This document shows positions 31,401-45,000 of a stretch of 64,000 bases of DNA, in pieces. Below the pieces are notes generated by a model. It made no database searches and was not told the DNA's origin. It saw nothing but the letters and a program-made list of their open reading frames with translations. The position numbers and the translations under genes were made by a program. The DNA lies in the NCBI GenBank assembly GCA_009914755.4, contig CP068257.2, positions 7,328,001 to 7,392,000 on the forward strand. The letters are read 5' to 3'. The stretch is from the human T2T-CHM13v2.0 reference genome, Homo sapiens. Position 1 is the stretch's first letter, and every line of letters begins with the position of its first letter.

Positions 31401-33050
31401 GGAATTGAAAGTAATGGAATGGAATAGTATAGTATCAAACGGAGTGGAATGGTATGGAATGGAATGGAATGGAACGGAATGGACTGGAATAAATGGAATG
31501 GAATGGAATGGAATCAACCCCACGGAAATAGAATGGAATATAATGGAATGGAATAAACCCGAGTAGAACAGAATGGAATGGAATGGAATGGAATGGAATG
31601 AAATGGAATGTCATGGAATGGAATGCAATGGAATGTCATGGAATGGAATGGAATGGAATGGAATCAACCAGAGTGGAATGGAACTGAATGGAATGGAATG
31701 GAATGGAATGGGATGCAATGGAATGGAATGGAATGGAATGGAATCAACCCGAGTGTAATGGAACGGAATGGAATGGAATGGAATGGAATGGAATGGAATG
31801 GAATGGAATGGAAAGGAATGGCATGGAATGGAATGGAATGCAATCAGCCTGAGTGGAATGGAATGTAATGGAATGCAATGGAATGGAATGGAAAGTAATG
31901 GAACGGAAAAGAATGGATTGGAATAAAATGGAATGAACCTGAATGGAATGGAAGGAATGAACGCGAATGGAATGGAATTGAATGGAACGGATTGGAATGG
32001 AATGGAATGGAATGGAATCAAACCAAGTGGAAAGGAATGGAATGGAATGGAGTGGAATGGAAAGGAATTGAATGGAATGGAATAGAATGGAATGGAATGG
32101 AATGGAATCAATCGGAATGGAATGGAATGGAAAGGAATGGAATGCTATGGAATCAACCCGAGTGTAATGTAAATGAATGGAATGGAATGGAATGGAATTG
32201 AAAGGAATGGAATGGAATGGAATAGAATGGAATCAACCTGAATGGGATGGAAAGGAATGGAATGGAATGGAATGGAATGCTATGGAATCAACCCGAGTGT
32301 AATGGAAATGAAAGGAATGGAATGGAATGGAAAGGAATGGAATGGAATGGAATCAACCCAAGTGCAATGGAATGGAATAGAATGCAGCGGAATCAACCCG
32401 AGTGGAATAGAATAGAAAGGCATGCAATGGAATGGAATGGAAAGCAACAGAATGGAATCAACCCGACTGCAATGGAATGGAATGGAAAGGAATGAAGGGA
32501 ATGGAATGGAATTGAAAGGTATGGAATCAACCCGAATGGAATGGAATGGAATGGATTGGAGTGGAATGGAATGGAATGGAGTGGAATGGAAAGCAATGCA
32601 ATGGAATGGAATGGATTAGAATGGAATGGAAAGGAATGGAATTGAAAGGCATGGAATGAACCCGAATTCAATGGAATGGAATGGAATGGAATGGAATGGA
32701 ATGGAATGGAATAGAATCAAATCGAGTGGAATGGAATGTAATGGAATTGGGTGGAATGGAATGGAATTGAATGGAATGCAATGGAATGGAATGGAATGGA
32801 ATCAACACGAATGGAATGGAATGGAATGGCATGGAATCAACCCGATTGGAATGGAATGGTATGGAATTCAATGGAATGGAATGGAATGCAATGGTATGGA
32901 ATCAACCCGAGTGGAACATTATCGAATGCAATGGAATGGAACGGAATGGAATGGAATAAAATGTAATGGAATGGAATGGAATCAACCGGAGTGGAATGGA
33001 ATGGAATGCAGTGGAATGGAATATGATGGAATTGAATGGAATTAAATGGA
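25400..33050 (+). repeat. HSat3 block C; ~3.6 kb higher-order repeat (two copies) with a nested ~385-bp duplication
   Basis: Near-identical segments recur at offsets of 3572–3603 bp: 26035–26220 = 29638–29823, 26145 = 29748, 26632 = 30230, 27272 = 30865, 27976 = 31573, 28410 = 31992, 28675 = 32247, and 29049 = 32626. Within each copy, 26632–26886 is near-identical to 27017–27265 (shift 385), and 30230–30484 to 30610–30858. Confidence 0.85.
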
Positions 33051-36000
33051 AAGGAACGGAATGGAATCAACACGAGTGGAATGGAATGGAATGGAATGGA
33101 ATGGAATCAACAAGAGTGGAATGGAATGGAATGGAATGGAATGCAATGGAATGAAACGTAATATAATGGAATGGAATGGAAACATCCCGAGTGGAATGGA
33201 ATGTTATGGAATGCAATGGAACGGAATGTAGCAGAACGGAATGGAATGGAACGGAGTAGAAAGAATCAGAGAGGAATTGAATGGAGAGGAATAGATTGGA
33301 ATGGAATGCAATGGATTCAATGCTAGTTGAACATCATGGATTGGAAAGGAATGGAATGGAATGGAATGGAGTGGAATGGAATGGAATAGAATCAACTTGA
33401 GTGGAAGGGAATGTAATGGAATGGAGTGGAATGGAATGGAGTGGAATGGAATGGAATGGAATAGAATGGAATGGAATGGATTGGAATGGAGTGGAATGGA
33501 ATGGAATGGAATGGAATGGAATGGAATGGAATGGAATGGAATCATCCCGAGTGGAATGGAATGGTATGGAATGCAATTGAATGGAATGGAACAGAACGGA
33601 AAGGAGTGCAATGGAATAGATGGAATCCGAGAGGAATTGACTGGAGTGGAATGGATTGGAATGGAATGCAAGGGATTCAACCCAATTGAATGTCATGGAT
33701 TGGAAAGGAGTGGAATGGAATGGAATGGAAAGGAGTGGAATGGAATGGAATGGAAACAACAAGAATGGAATGGAACGGAATGGAATGGAATGGAATGGAA
33801 TGGAATGGAATGGAATGGAATGGAATGGAAACAACACGAATGGAATGGAACGGAACGCAATGGAATGGAATGGGATCAACCCAAGCGCAATGGAATGGAA
33901 TAGTATGCAACGGAATGAACACGAGAGGAATGGAATAGAAAGGCATGCAATGCAATGGAATGGAAAGCAATGGAATGGAATCAAGCCGAATGGAATGGAA
34001 TCAAGCCGAATGGAATGGAATGGAATGGAAAGGAATGAATGGAACGGAATGGAATGCAAAGATATGGAATCAACCCGAGTGGAATGGAATGGAATGGAAT
34101 GGAATGGAGTGGAATGGAAGGCATTGCAATGGAATGGAATGGAATGGAATGTAACAGAACGGAATGGAATTGAATGGCACGGAATGAACACGAATGGAAT
34201 GGAATGGAATAGAATCAACTCGAGTGGAATGGAATGGAATGGAATGGAGTGGAATGGAATGGAATTGAATGGAATGGAATGGAATGGAATGGAATGGAAT
34301 GGAATCAGCCTGAATGGAATGGAATGGAATGGAATGGAATGGAATGGCATGGAATCAAGCCGAGTGGAATGGAATGGAATGGAATTCAATGGAATGGAAT
34401 GGAATGGAATGGTATGGAATCAACACGAGTGGAATATTATCGAGTGGAATGGAATGGAACGGAATGGAATGGAATAAAATGTAATGGAATGGAGTGGAAT
34501 CAACCAGAGTGGAATGGAATGGAATGGAGTGGAATGGTATATAATGGAATGGAATGGAATTAAATAGAAAGGAACGGAATGGAATCAACACGAGTGGAAC
34601 GGAATGGAATGGAAAGGAATCAACCCGAGTGGAATGAAATGGAATGTAATGCAACGAAATGGAGCGGAATAAACCTGAGTCGAATGCAATGCAATGGAAT
34701 GGAAAGGAGTGGAATTGAATGGAATGGAATGGAATGGAATGGAATGGAATGGAACGGAATGGAATCCAATGGAATCAACTGGAATGGAATAGCATAGAAT
34801 GGAATGGAATGGAGTGGAATCAATCCGCGTGGAATGCAAGGGAATGCATGGAGTGGAATGGAATGCAATGGAGTGGAATGGAATGGAATGCAGTGGAATT
34901 TAATGGAATGGAATCATCCCGAATGGAATGGAACGGAATGGAATGGAATGAAATGAAATGGAACCAACCCAAATGGGATGGAATGGAATGGAATGGAATG
35001 GAATGGAATGGAATGGAATGGGATGGGATGGGATGGGATGGGATGGAATGGAATGGAATGGAATGGAATGGAATGGAATGGAATGGAATGCAATGGAATG
35101 CAATGGAATGCTATGGAATCAACCTGAGTATAAAGGAAATGCATGGAATGGAATGGAATGGAATGGAATGGAATCAACCCAAGTGCAATGGAATGGAATG
35201 GAATGCAACGGAATCAACCCGAGGGGAATGGAATGAAAAGGATTGGAATGAAATGGAATGGAAAGGAATGGAATGGAATCAATCCGAATGGAATGGAATG
35301 GAATGGAAAGGAATGAATGGAATGGAATGGAATGGAATGGAGTGGAATGGTATGGAATCAACCCGAGTGGAATGGAATGGACTGGAATGGAATAGAATGG
35401 AATGGAATGGAATGGAATGGAATGAATAGAATGGAATCAACTATAATGGAATGGAATGGAATGGAATGGAATGCTATGGAATCAACCCGAGGGTAATGGA
35501 AATGAATGGAATGGAATGGAATGGAATGGAATCAACCCAAGTGCAATGGAATGGAATAGAATGCAACGGAATCAACCCGAGTGGAATGGAATAGAAAGGC
35601 ATGCAACGGAATGGAATGGAAAGCAATGGAATGGAATAAACCCGAATGGAATGGAATGGAAAGGAGTGAAGGGAATGGAATGGAATGGAAAGGTATGGAA
35701 TCAGCCCGAGTTCAATGGAATGGAATGGAATGGAATGGAATGGAATGGAATGGAATGGAATGCAATGGAATGGAATGGAATGGAGTGCAATGGAAGACAA
35801 TGCAATGGAATGTAATGGAATGGAATGGAACAGAACGGAATGGAATTGAATGGCATGGAATGAACCCGAATGGAATGGAATGGAATGGAATGGAATGGAA
35901 TGGAATGGAATGGAATGGAATGGAATGGAATAGAATCAACACGAGTGGAATGGAATGTAATGGAATGGAGTGGAATGGAATGGAATTGAGTGGAATGGAA

Positions 36001-39000
36001 TGGAATGGAATGGAATGGAATGGATTGGAATAGAATCAACCTGAATGGAATGTAATGGAATGGAATGGCATGGAATCAACCCGAGAGGAAAGGAATGGAA
36101 TGGAATTCAATGGAATGGAATGGAATGGAATAGTATGGAATCAACCCGAGTGGAATATTATCGAATGGAATGGAATGGAACGGAATGGGTTGGAGTAAAA
36201 TGTAATGGAATGGAATGGAATCAACCGGAGTGGAATGGAATTATATGGAGTGGAATGGTATATAATGGAACGGAATGGAATTAAATGGAAAGGAATGGAA
36301 TGGAATCAACACGAGTGGAAGGGAATGCAATGTAATGGAATGGAATCAACCCGAGTGGAATGGAATGGAATGGAATGGAATGGAATGCAATGGAATGAAA
36401 CGGAATATAATGGAATGGAATGTAAACATCCCGAGTGGAATGGAATGGTATGGAAGGCAATGAAACGAAATGGAACAGAACGGAATGGAATGGAAAGGAA
36501 TAGATTGAATCAGAGAGGAATTGAATGGAGAGGAATGGATTGGAATGGAATGCAATGGATTCAACCCTAGTTGAATGTCATGGATTGGAAAGGAATGCAA
36601 TGGAATGGAATGGAATGGAGTGGAATGGAATGGAGTGCAATCAACACGAATGGAATGGAACGGAATGGAATGAAATGGAATGGAATAGGAAACAACGCGA
36701 ATAGAATGGAACGGAATGGAATGGAATGCCGTGGAATGGAATGGAATGGAATGAAATAAACAGGAATAGAATGGAACGGAATGGAATGGAATGGAATGGA
36801 ATGGAATGGAGTGAAATGGAAAGGAACGGAATGGAATTAACACAAGTGGAATTGAATGGAATGGAAAGGAATCAACCCGAGTGGAATGAAATGGAATGTA
36901 ATGAAATGGAATGGAGCGGAATCAACCTGAGTGGAATGGAATGGAATGGAATGGAATGGAATGGAATGGAATGGAATGCAATGGAATGGAATGGAATGGA
37001 ATCAACCCGAATGGAATGGAACGGAATGGAATGGAATGGAATGGAATGGAATGCAATGGAATGGAATGGAATGGAATCAACCCGAATGGAATGGAATGGA
37101 AAGGAATGGAAAGGAATGGAATGGAATGGAATAGAATGGAATGGAATCATCCCGAGTGGAATGGAATGGTATGGAATGCAATGGAATGGAATGGAACAGA
37201 ATGGAAAGGATTGGAATGGAATAGATTGAATCCGAGAGGAATTGACTGGAGTGGAATGGATTGGAATGGAATGCAAGAGATTCAACCCAATTGAATGTCA
37301 TGGATTGGAAAGGAGTGGAATGGAATGGAATGGAAAGGAGTGGAATGGAATGGAATGGAATCAACACGAATGGAATGTAACGGAATGGAATGGAATGGAA
37401 TGGAATGGAAACAATACGAATGGAATGGAAGGGAATGGAATGGAATTAAATGCTGTGGAATGGAATGGAATGGAATGAAATAAACAGGAATAGAATGGAA
37501 CGGAATGGAATGGAAAGGAATGGAATGGAATGAAATGGAAAGAAACGGAATGGAATTAACCCGACTGGAACGGAATGGAATGGAAAGGAATCAATCCGAG
37601 TGGAATGAAATGGAATATAATGCAATGGAATGGAGCGGAAACAACCTGAGTCGAATGCAATGGAATGGAATGGAAAGGAGTGGAATGGAATGGAATGGAA
37701 TGGAATGGAATGGAATGGAATCGAATCGAATGGAATGCTATGGAATCAAACCGAGTGGAATGGAATGGAATGGAATGGAGTGGAATGGAATGGAATTGAA
37801 TGGAGTGGAATGGAATGGAATGGAATGGAATAGAATGGAATGGATTGGAATGGAATGGAATGGATTGGAATAGAATGGAATGGAATCAACACGAATGTAA
37901 TGGAATGGAATGGAACGGAATTGAATGGAATGGAATGGAAAAAACACGAATAGAATGGAACGGAATGGAATGGAATGCTGTGGAATGGAATGGAATGGAA
38001 TGAAAGAAACACAAATAAAATGGAACGGAAGGGAATGGAATGGAATGGAATGGAATGGAATGGAATGGAGTGAAAAGGAAAGGAATGGAATGGAATTAAC
38101 CCAAGTGGAATTGAATGGAATGGAAAGGAATCAACCCGAGTGGAATGAAATGGAATGTAATGCAATGGAATGGAGCGGAATCAACCTGAGAGGAATGGAA
38201 TGGAATGGAATGGAATGGAATGGAATGGAATGGAATGGAATGCAATGGAATGGAATGGAATGGAATCAACCCGAATGGAATGGAAAGGAATGGAATGGAA
38301 AGGAATTGAATGCAATTGAATGGAATGGAATGGAATAGAATGGAATCAACCAGAATGGAATGGAATGGAATGGAATGGAATGGAACGGAACGGAATCATC
38401 CCGAGTGGAATGGAATGGTATGGAATGCAATGGAATGGAATGGAACAGAATGGAAAGGAATGGAATGGAATAGATTGAATCCGAGAGGAATTGACTGGAG
38501 TGGAATGGATTGGAATGGAATGCAAGTGATTCAACCCAGTTGAATGTCATGGATTGGAAAGGAGTGGAATGGAATGGAATGGAATGGAATGGAAAGGAGT
38601 GGAATGGAATGGAATGAAATCAATACGAATGGAATGGAACGGAATGGAATGGAATGGAATGGAATGGAATGGAATGGAAACAACACGAATGGAATGGAAA
38701 GGAACGGAATGGAATAGAATGCTGTGGAATGGAATGGAATGGAATGGAAAGAAATGGAATGGAATGGACCGGAATGGAATCCAATGGAATGAAGTGGAAT
38801 GGAATAGCATAGAATGGAATGGAATAGAATGGAATCAACCAGAACGGATTGGAATGGAAAGGAATGGAATGGAATGGAATGGAATGGAATGCTATCGAAT
38901 CAAGACGAGTGTAATGGTAATGAATGGAATGGAATGGAATGGAATGGAATGGAATGGAATGAAATGGAATCAACCCAAGTGCAATGGAATGGAATAGAAT

Positions 39001-42000
39001 GAAACGGAATCAACCCGAGTGGAATGGAATAGAAAGGCATGCAAAGGAATCGAATGGAAAGCAATGGAATGGGATCACCTCGACTGGAATGGAATGGAAT
39101 GGAAAGGAATGAAGGGAATGGAATGGAATGGAAAGGTATGGAATCAATCCGAGTCGAATGGAATGGAATGGAATGGAATGGAGTGGAATGGAACGGAATG
39201 GAATTGAATGGCATGGAATGAACCCGAAAGGAATGGAATGGAATGTAATGGAATGGAATGGAATAGAAACAACTCGAGTGCAATGGAATGTAATGGAATG
39301 GAGTGTAATGGAATGGAATGGAATGGAATGGAATGGAATGGAATCAACCCGAATGGAATGGAATAGAATGGAATGGAATGGAATGGAATTGAATCAACCT
39401 GAATGGAATGGAACGGAATGGAACGGAAAGGAATGGAATGGAATGGAATGGAATAGAATGGAATCAACCAGAATGGGATGGAATGGAACGGAATGGAATG
39501 GAATGGAATGTGATCCTATTGAATCAACCCGAGTGTAATGAAAATGAATGGAATGGAATGAAATGGATTGGAATGGAATGGAATGGAATCAACCCGAGTG
39601 GAATGGAATGGAATGGAATGGAGTGCAATGGAATTGAATTCAATGGAGTGGAATGGAATGGAATGGAATGGAATAGATTGGATTAGAATAGAATGGAGTG
39701 GAATCAACACAAATGGAATGGAATGGAATGGAATGGACTGGAATGGAATGGAAACAACACGAATAGAATGGAACGGAATGGAATGGAATGCTGTGGAATG
39801 GAATGGAATGGAATGAAATAAACACGAATAGAATGGAACGGAATGGAATGGAATGGAATGGAATGGAATGGAATGGAATGGAAAGGAATCAGCCAGAATG
39901 GAATGGAATGGAATGGTATGGAATCAACCCAAGTGGAATGGAAAGGAATGGAATGCAATGGAATGAAATGGAATATAATGGAATGGAATGGACCATCACG
40001 AGTGGAATGGAATGGTATGGAATGCAATGGAACGGAAGGGAACAGAACGGAATATAATGGAACTGAATAGATTGAATCAGACAGGTATTGAATGGAGAGG
40101 AATGGATTGGAATGGAATGAAATGGATTCAACCCTAGTTGAATGTCATGGATTGGAAAAGAATGGAATGGAATGGAATGGAATGGATTGGAATAGAATGG
40201 AGTGGAATCAACACGAATGTAATGGAATGGAATGGAATGGAAGGGAATTGAATGGAATGGAATGGAAACAACACGAATAGAATGGAACGGAATGGAATGG
40301 AATGCTGTGGAATGGAATGGAATGGAATGAAATAAACACAAATAGAATGGAATGGAATGGAATGGAATGGAATGGACTGTAATGGAAAGGAACGGACTGG
40401 AATTAACCCAAGTGTAATTGAATGGAATGGAAAGGAATCAACCCTAGTGGAATGAACTGGAATGTAATGCAATGGAATGGAGCAGAATCAACCTGAGGGG
40501 AATGGAATGGAATGGAATAGAATGGAATGGAATGGAATGGAATGGAATGGAATGGAATGGAATGGAATGCAATGGAATGGAATGGAATCAACCCGAATGG
40601 AAAGGAAAGGTATGGAATGGAAAGGAATGGAATGGAATGGAATGGAAAGGAATGGAATGGAATGGAAGAGAATGGAATCAACCAGAATGGAATGGAATGG
40701 AATGGAATGGAATCATCCCGAGAGGAATGGAATGGTATGGAATGCAATGGAATGGAATGGAACAGAAGGGAAAGGAATAGAATGGAATAGATTGAATCCG
40801 AGAGGAATTGACTGGAGTGGAATGGATTGGAAAGGAATGCAAGGGATTCAACCCAGTTGAATGTCATGGATTGGAAATGAGTGGAATGGAATGGAATGGA
40901 ATGGAAAGGAGTGGAATGGAATTGAATGGAATCAACACGAATGGAATGGAACGGAATGGAATGCAATGGAATGGAATGGAATGGAATACAATGGAATCAA
41001 CCAGAATGGAATGGAATGGAATGGAATGGAATGGAATGGAATGGAATGGAATGCTATGGAATCAACCCGAGTGTAATGGAAATGAAATGAATGGAATGGA
41101 ATGGAATGGAATGGAATGGAATAGAATGGAATCAACCCAAGTGCAACGGAATGGAATAGAATGCTATGGAATCAACCCGAGCGGAATGGAATAGAAAGGC
41201 ATGCAATGGAATGGAATGGAAAGCAATGGAATGGAATCAACCCGACTGGAATGGAAAGGAATGGAAAGTAATGAAGGGAATGGAATGGAATTGAAAGGTA
41301 TGGAATCAACCCGAGTGGAATGGAATGGAATGGAAGGGAATGGAATGGAATGGAGTGGAATGGAAGGCAATGCAATGGAATGGAATGGCATGGAATGGAA
41401 CTGAACGGAATGGAATTGAATGGCATAGAATGAACCCGAATGGAATGGAATGGAATGGAATGGAATGGAATGGAATATAATCAACTCGAGTGGAATGTAA
41501 TGGAATGGAATGGACCGGAATGGAATGGAATATAATCAACTCGAGTGGAATGGAATGGAATGGAATGGAGTGGAATGGAATGGAATTGAATGGAATGGAA
41601 TGGAATGGAATGGAATGGAATGGAATGGAATCAGCCTGAATGGAATGGAATGGAATGGAATGGAATGGAATGGAATCAGCCTGAATGGAATGGAATGGAA
41701 TGGAATGGAATGGAATGGAATGGCATGGAATCAAGCCGAGTGGAATGGAATGGAATGGAATTCAATGGAATGGAATGGAATGGAATGGTATGGAATCAAC
41801 ACGAGTGGAATATTATCGAGTGGAATGGAATGGAACGGAATGGAATGGAATAAAATGTAATGGAATGGAGTGGAATCAACCAGAGTGGAATGGAATGGAA
41901 TGGAGTGGAATGGTATATAATGGAATGGAATGGAATTAAATAGAAAGGAACGGAATGGAATCAACACGAGTGGAACGGAATGGAATGGAAAGGAATCAAC

Positions 42001-45000
42001 CCGAGTGGAATGAAATGGAATGTAATGCAACGAAATGGAGCGGAATAAACCTGAGTCGAATGCAATGCAATGGAATGGAAAGGAGTGGAATGGAATGGAA
42101 TGGAATGGAATGGAATGGAATGGAATGGAACGGAATGGAATCCAATGGAATCAACTGGAATGGAATAGCATAGAATGGAATGGAATGGAGTGGAATCAAT
42201 CCGCGTGGAATGCAAGGGAATGCATGGAGTGGAATGGAATGCAATGGAGTGGAATGGAATGGAATGCAGTGGAATTTAATGGAATGGAATCATCCCGAAT
42301 GGAATGGAACGGAATGGAATGGAATGAAATGAAATGGAACCAACACAAATGGGATGGAATGGAATGGAATGGAATGGAATGGAATGGGATGGAATGGAAT
42401 GGAATGGAATGGAATGGAATGGAATGGGATGGAATGGAATGGAATGGAATGGAATGGAATGGAATGCAATGGAATGCAATGGAATGCTATGGAATCAACC
42501 TGAGTATAAAGGAAATGCATGGAATGGAATGGAATGGAATGGAATGGAATGGAATCAACCCAAGTGCAATGGAATGGAATGGAATGCAACGGAATCAACC
42601 CGAGGGGAATGGAATGAAAAGGATTGGAATGAAATGGAATGGAAAGGAATGGAATGGAATCAATCCGAATGGAATGGAATGGAATGGAAAGGAATGAATG
42701 GAATGGAATGGAATGGAATGGAGTGGAATGGTATGGAATCAACCCGAGTGGAATGGAATGGACTGGAATGGAATAGAATGGAATGGAATGGAATGGAATG
42801 AATAGAATGGAATCAACTATAATGGAATGGAATGGAATGGAATGGAATGCTATGGAATCAACCCGAGGGTAATGGAAATGAATGGAATGGAATGGAATGG
42901 AATGGAATCAACCCAAGTGCAATGGAATGGAATAGAATGCAACGGAATCAACCCGAGTGGAATGGAATAGAAAGGCATGCAACGGAATGGAATGGAAAGC
43001 AATGGAATGGAATCAACCCGAATGGAATGGAATGGAAAGGAATGAAGGGAATGGAATGGAATGGAAAGGTATGGAATCAACCCGAGTTCAATGGAATGGA
43101 ATGGAATGGAATGGAATGGAATGCAATGGAATGGAATGGAATGGAGTGCAATGGAAGACAATGCAATGGAATGTAATGGAATGGAATGGAACAGAACGGA
43201 ATGGAATTGAATGGCATGGAATGAACCCGAATGGAATGGAATGGAATGGAATGGAATGGAATGGAATGGAATAGAATCAACACGAGTGGAATGGAATGTA
43301 ATGGAATGGAGTGGAATGGAATGGAATTGAGTGGAATGGAATGGAATGGAATGGAATGGAATGGATTGGAATAGAATCAACCTGAATGGAATGTAATGGA
43401 ATGGAATGGCATGGAATCAACCCGAGAGGAAAGGAATGGAATGGAATTCAATGGAATGGAATGGAATGGAATAGTATGAAATCAACCCGAGTGGAATATT
43501 ATCGAATGGAATGGAATGGAACGGAATGGGTTGGAATAAAATGTAATGGAATGGAATGGAATCAACCGGAGTGGAATGGAATTATATGGAGTGGAATGGT
43601 ATATGATGGAATGGAATGGAATTAAATGGAAAGGAATGGAATGGAATCAACACGAGTGGAAGGGAATGCAATGTAATGGAATGGAATCAACCCGAGTGGA
43701 ATGGAATGGAATGGAATGGAATGCAATGGAATGAAACGGAATATAATGGAATGGAATGGAAACATCCCGAGTGGAATGGAATGGTATGGAAGGCAATGAA
43801 ACGAAATGGAACAGAACGGAATGGAATGGAAAGGAATAGATTGAATCAGAGAGGAATTGAATGGAGAGGAATGGATTGGAATGGAATGCAATGGATTCAA
43901 CCCTAGTTGAATGTCATGGATTGGAAAGGAATGCAATGGAATGGAATGGAATGGAGTGGAATGGAATGGAGTGCAATCAACACGAATGGAATGGAACGGA
44001 ATGGAATGAAATGGAATGGAATAGGAAACAACGCGAATAGAATGGAACGGAATGGAATGGAATGCTGTGGAATGGAATGAAATGGAATGAAATAAACAGG
44101 AATAGAATGGAACGGAATGGAATGGAATGGAATGGAATGGAATGGAATGGAATGGAATGGAATGGAATGGAGTGAAATGGAAAGGAACGGAATGGAATTA
44201 ACACAAGTGGAATTGAATGGAATGGAAAGGAATCAACCCGAGTGGAATAAAATGGAATGTAATGAAATGGAATGGAGCGGAATCAACCTGAGTGGAATGG
44301 AATGGAATGGAATGGAATGGAATGGAATGGAATGGAATGCAATGGAATGGAATGGAATCAACCCGAATGGAATGGAACGGAATGGAATGGAATGGAATGG
44401 AATGGAATGGAATGCAATGGAATGGAATGGAATGGAATCAACCCGAATGGAATGGAATGGAAAGGAATGGAAAGGAATGGAATGGAATGGAATAGAATGG
44501 AATGGAATCATCCCGAGTGGAATGGAATGGTATGGAATGCAATGGAATGGAATGGAACAGAATGGAAAGGATTGGAATGGAATAGATTGAATCCGAGAGG
44601 AATTGACTGGAGTGGAATGGATTGGAATGGAATGCAAGGGATTCAACCCAATTGAATGTCATGGATTGGAAAGGAGTAGAATGGAATGGAATGGAAAGGA
44701 GTGGAATGGAATGGAATGGAATCAACACGAATGGAATGTAACAGAATGGAATGGAATGGAATGGAATGGAAACAATACGAATGGAATGGAAGGGAATGGA
44801 ATGGAATTAAATGCTGTGGAATGGAATGGAATGGAATGAAATAAACACGAATAGAATGGAACGGAATGGAATGGAAAGGAATGGAATGGAATGAAATGGA
44901 AAGAAACGGAATGGAATTAACCCGACTGGAACGGAATGGAATGGAAAGGAATCAATCCGAGTGGAATGAAATGGAATATAATGCAATGGAATGGAGCGGA

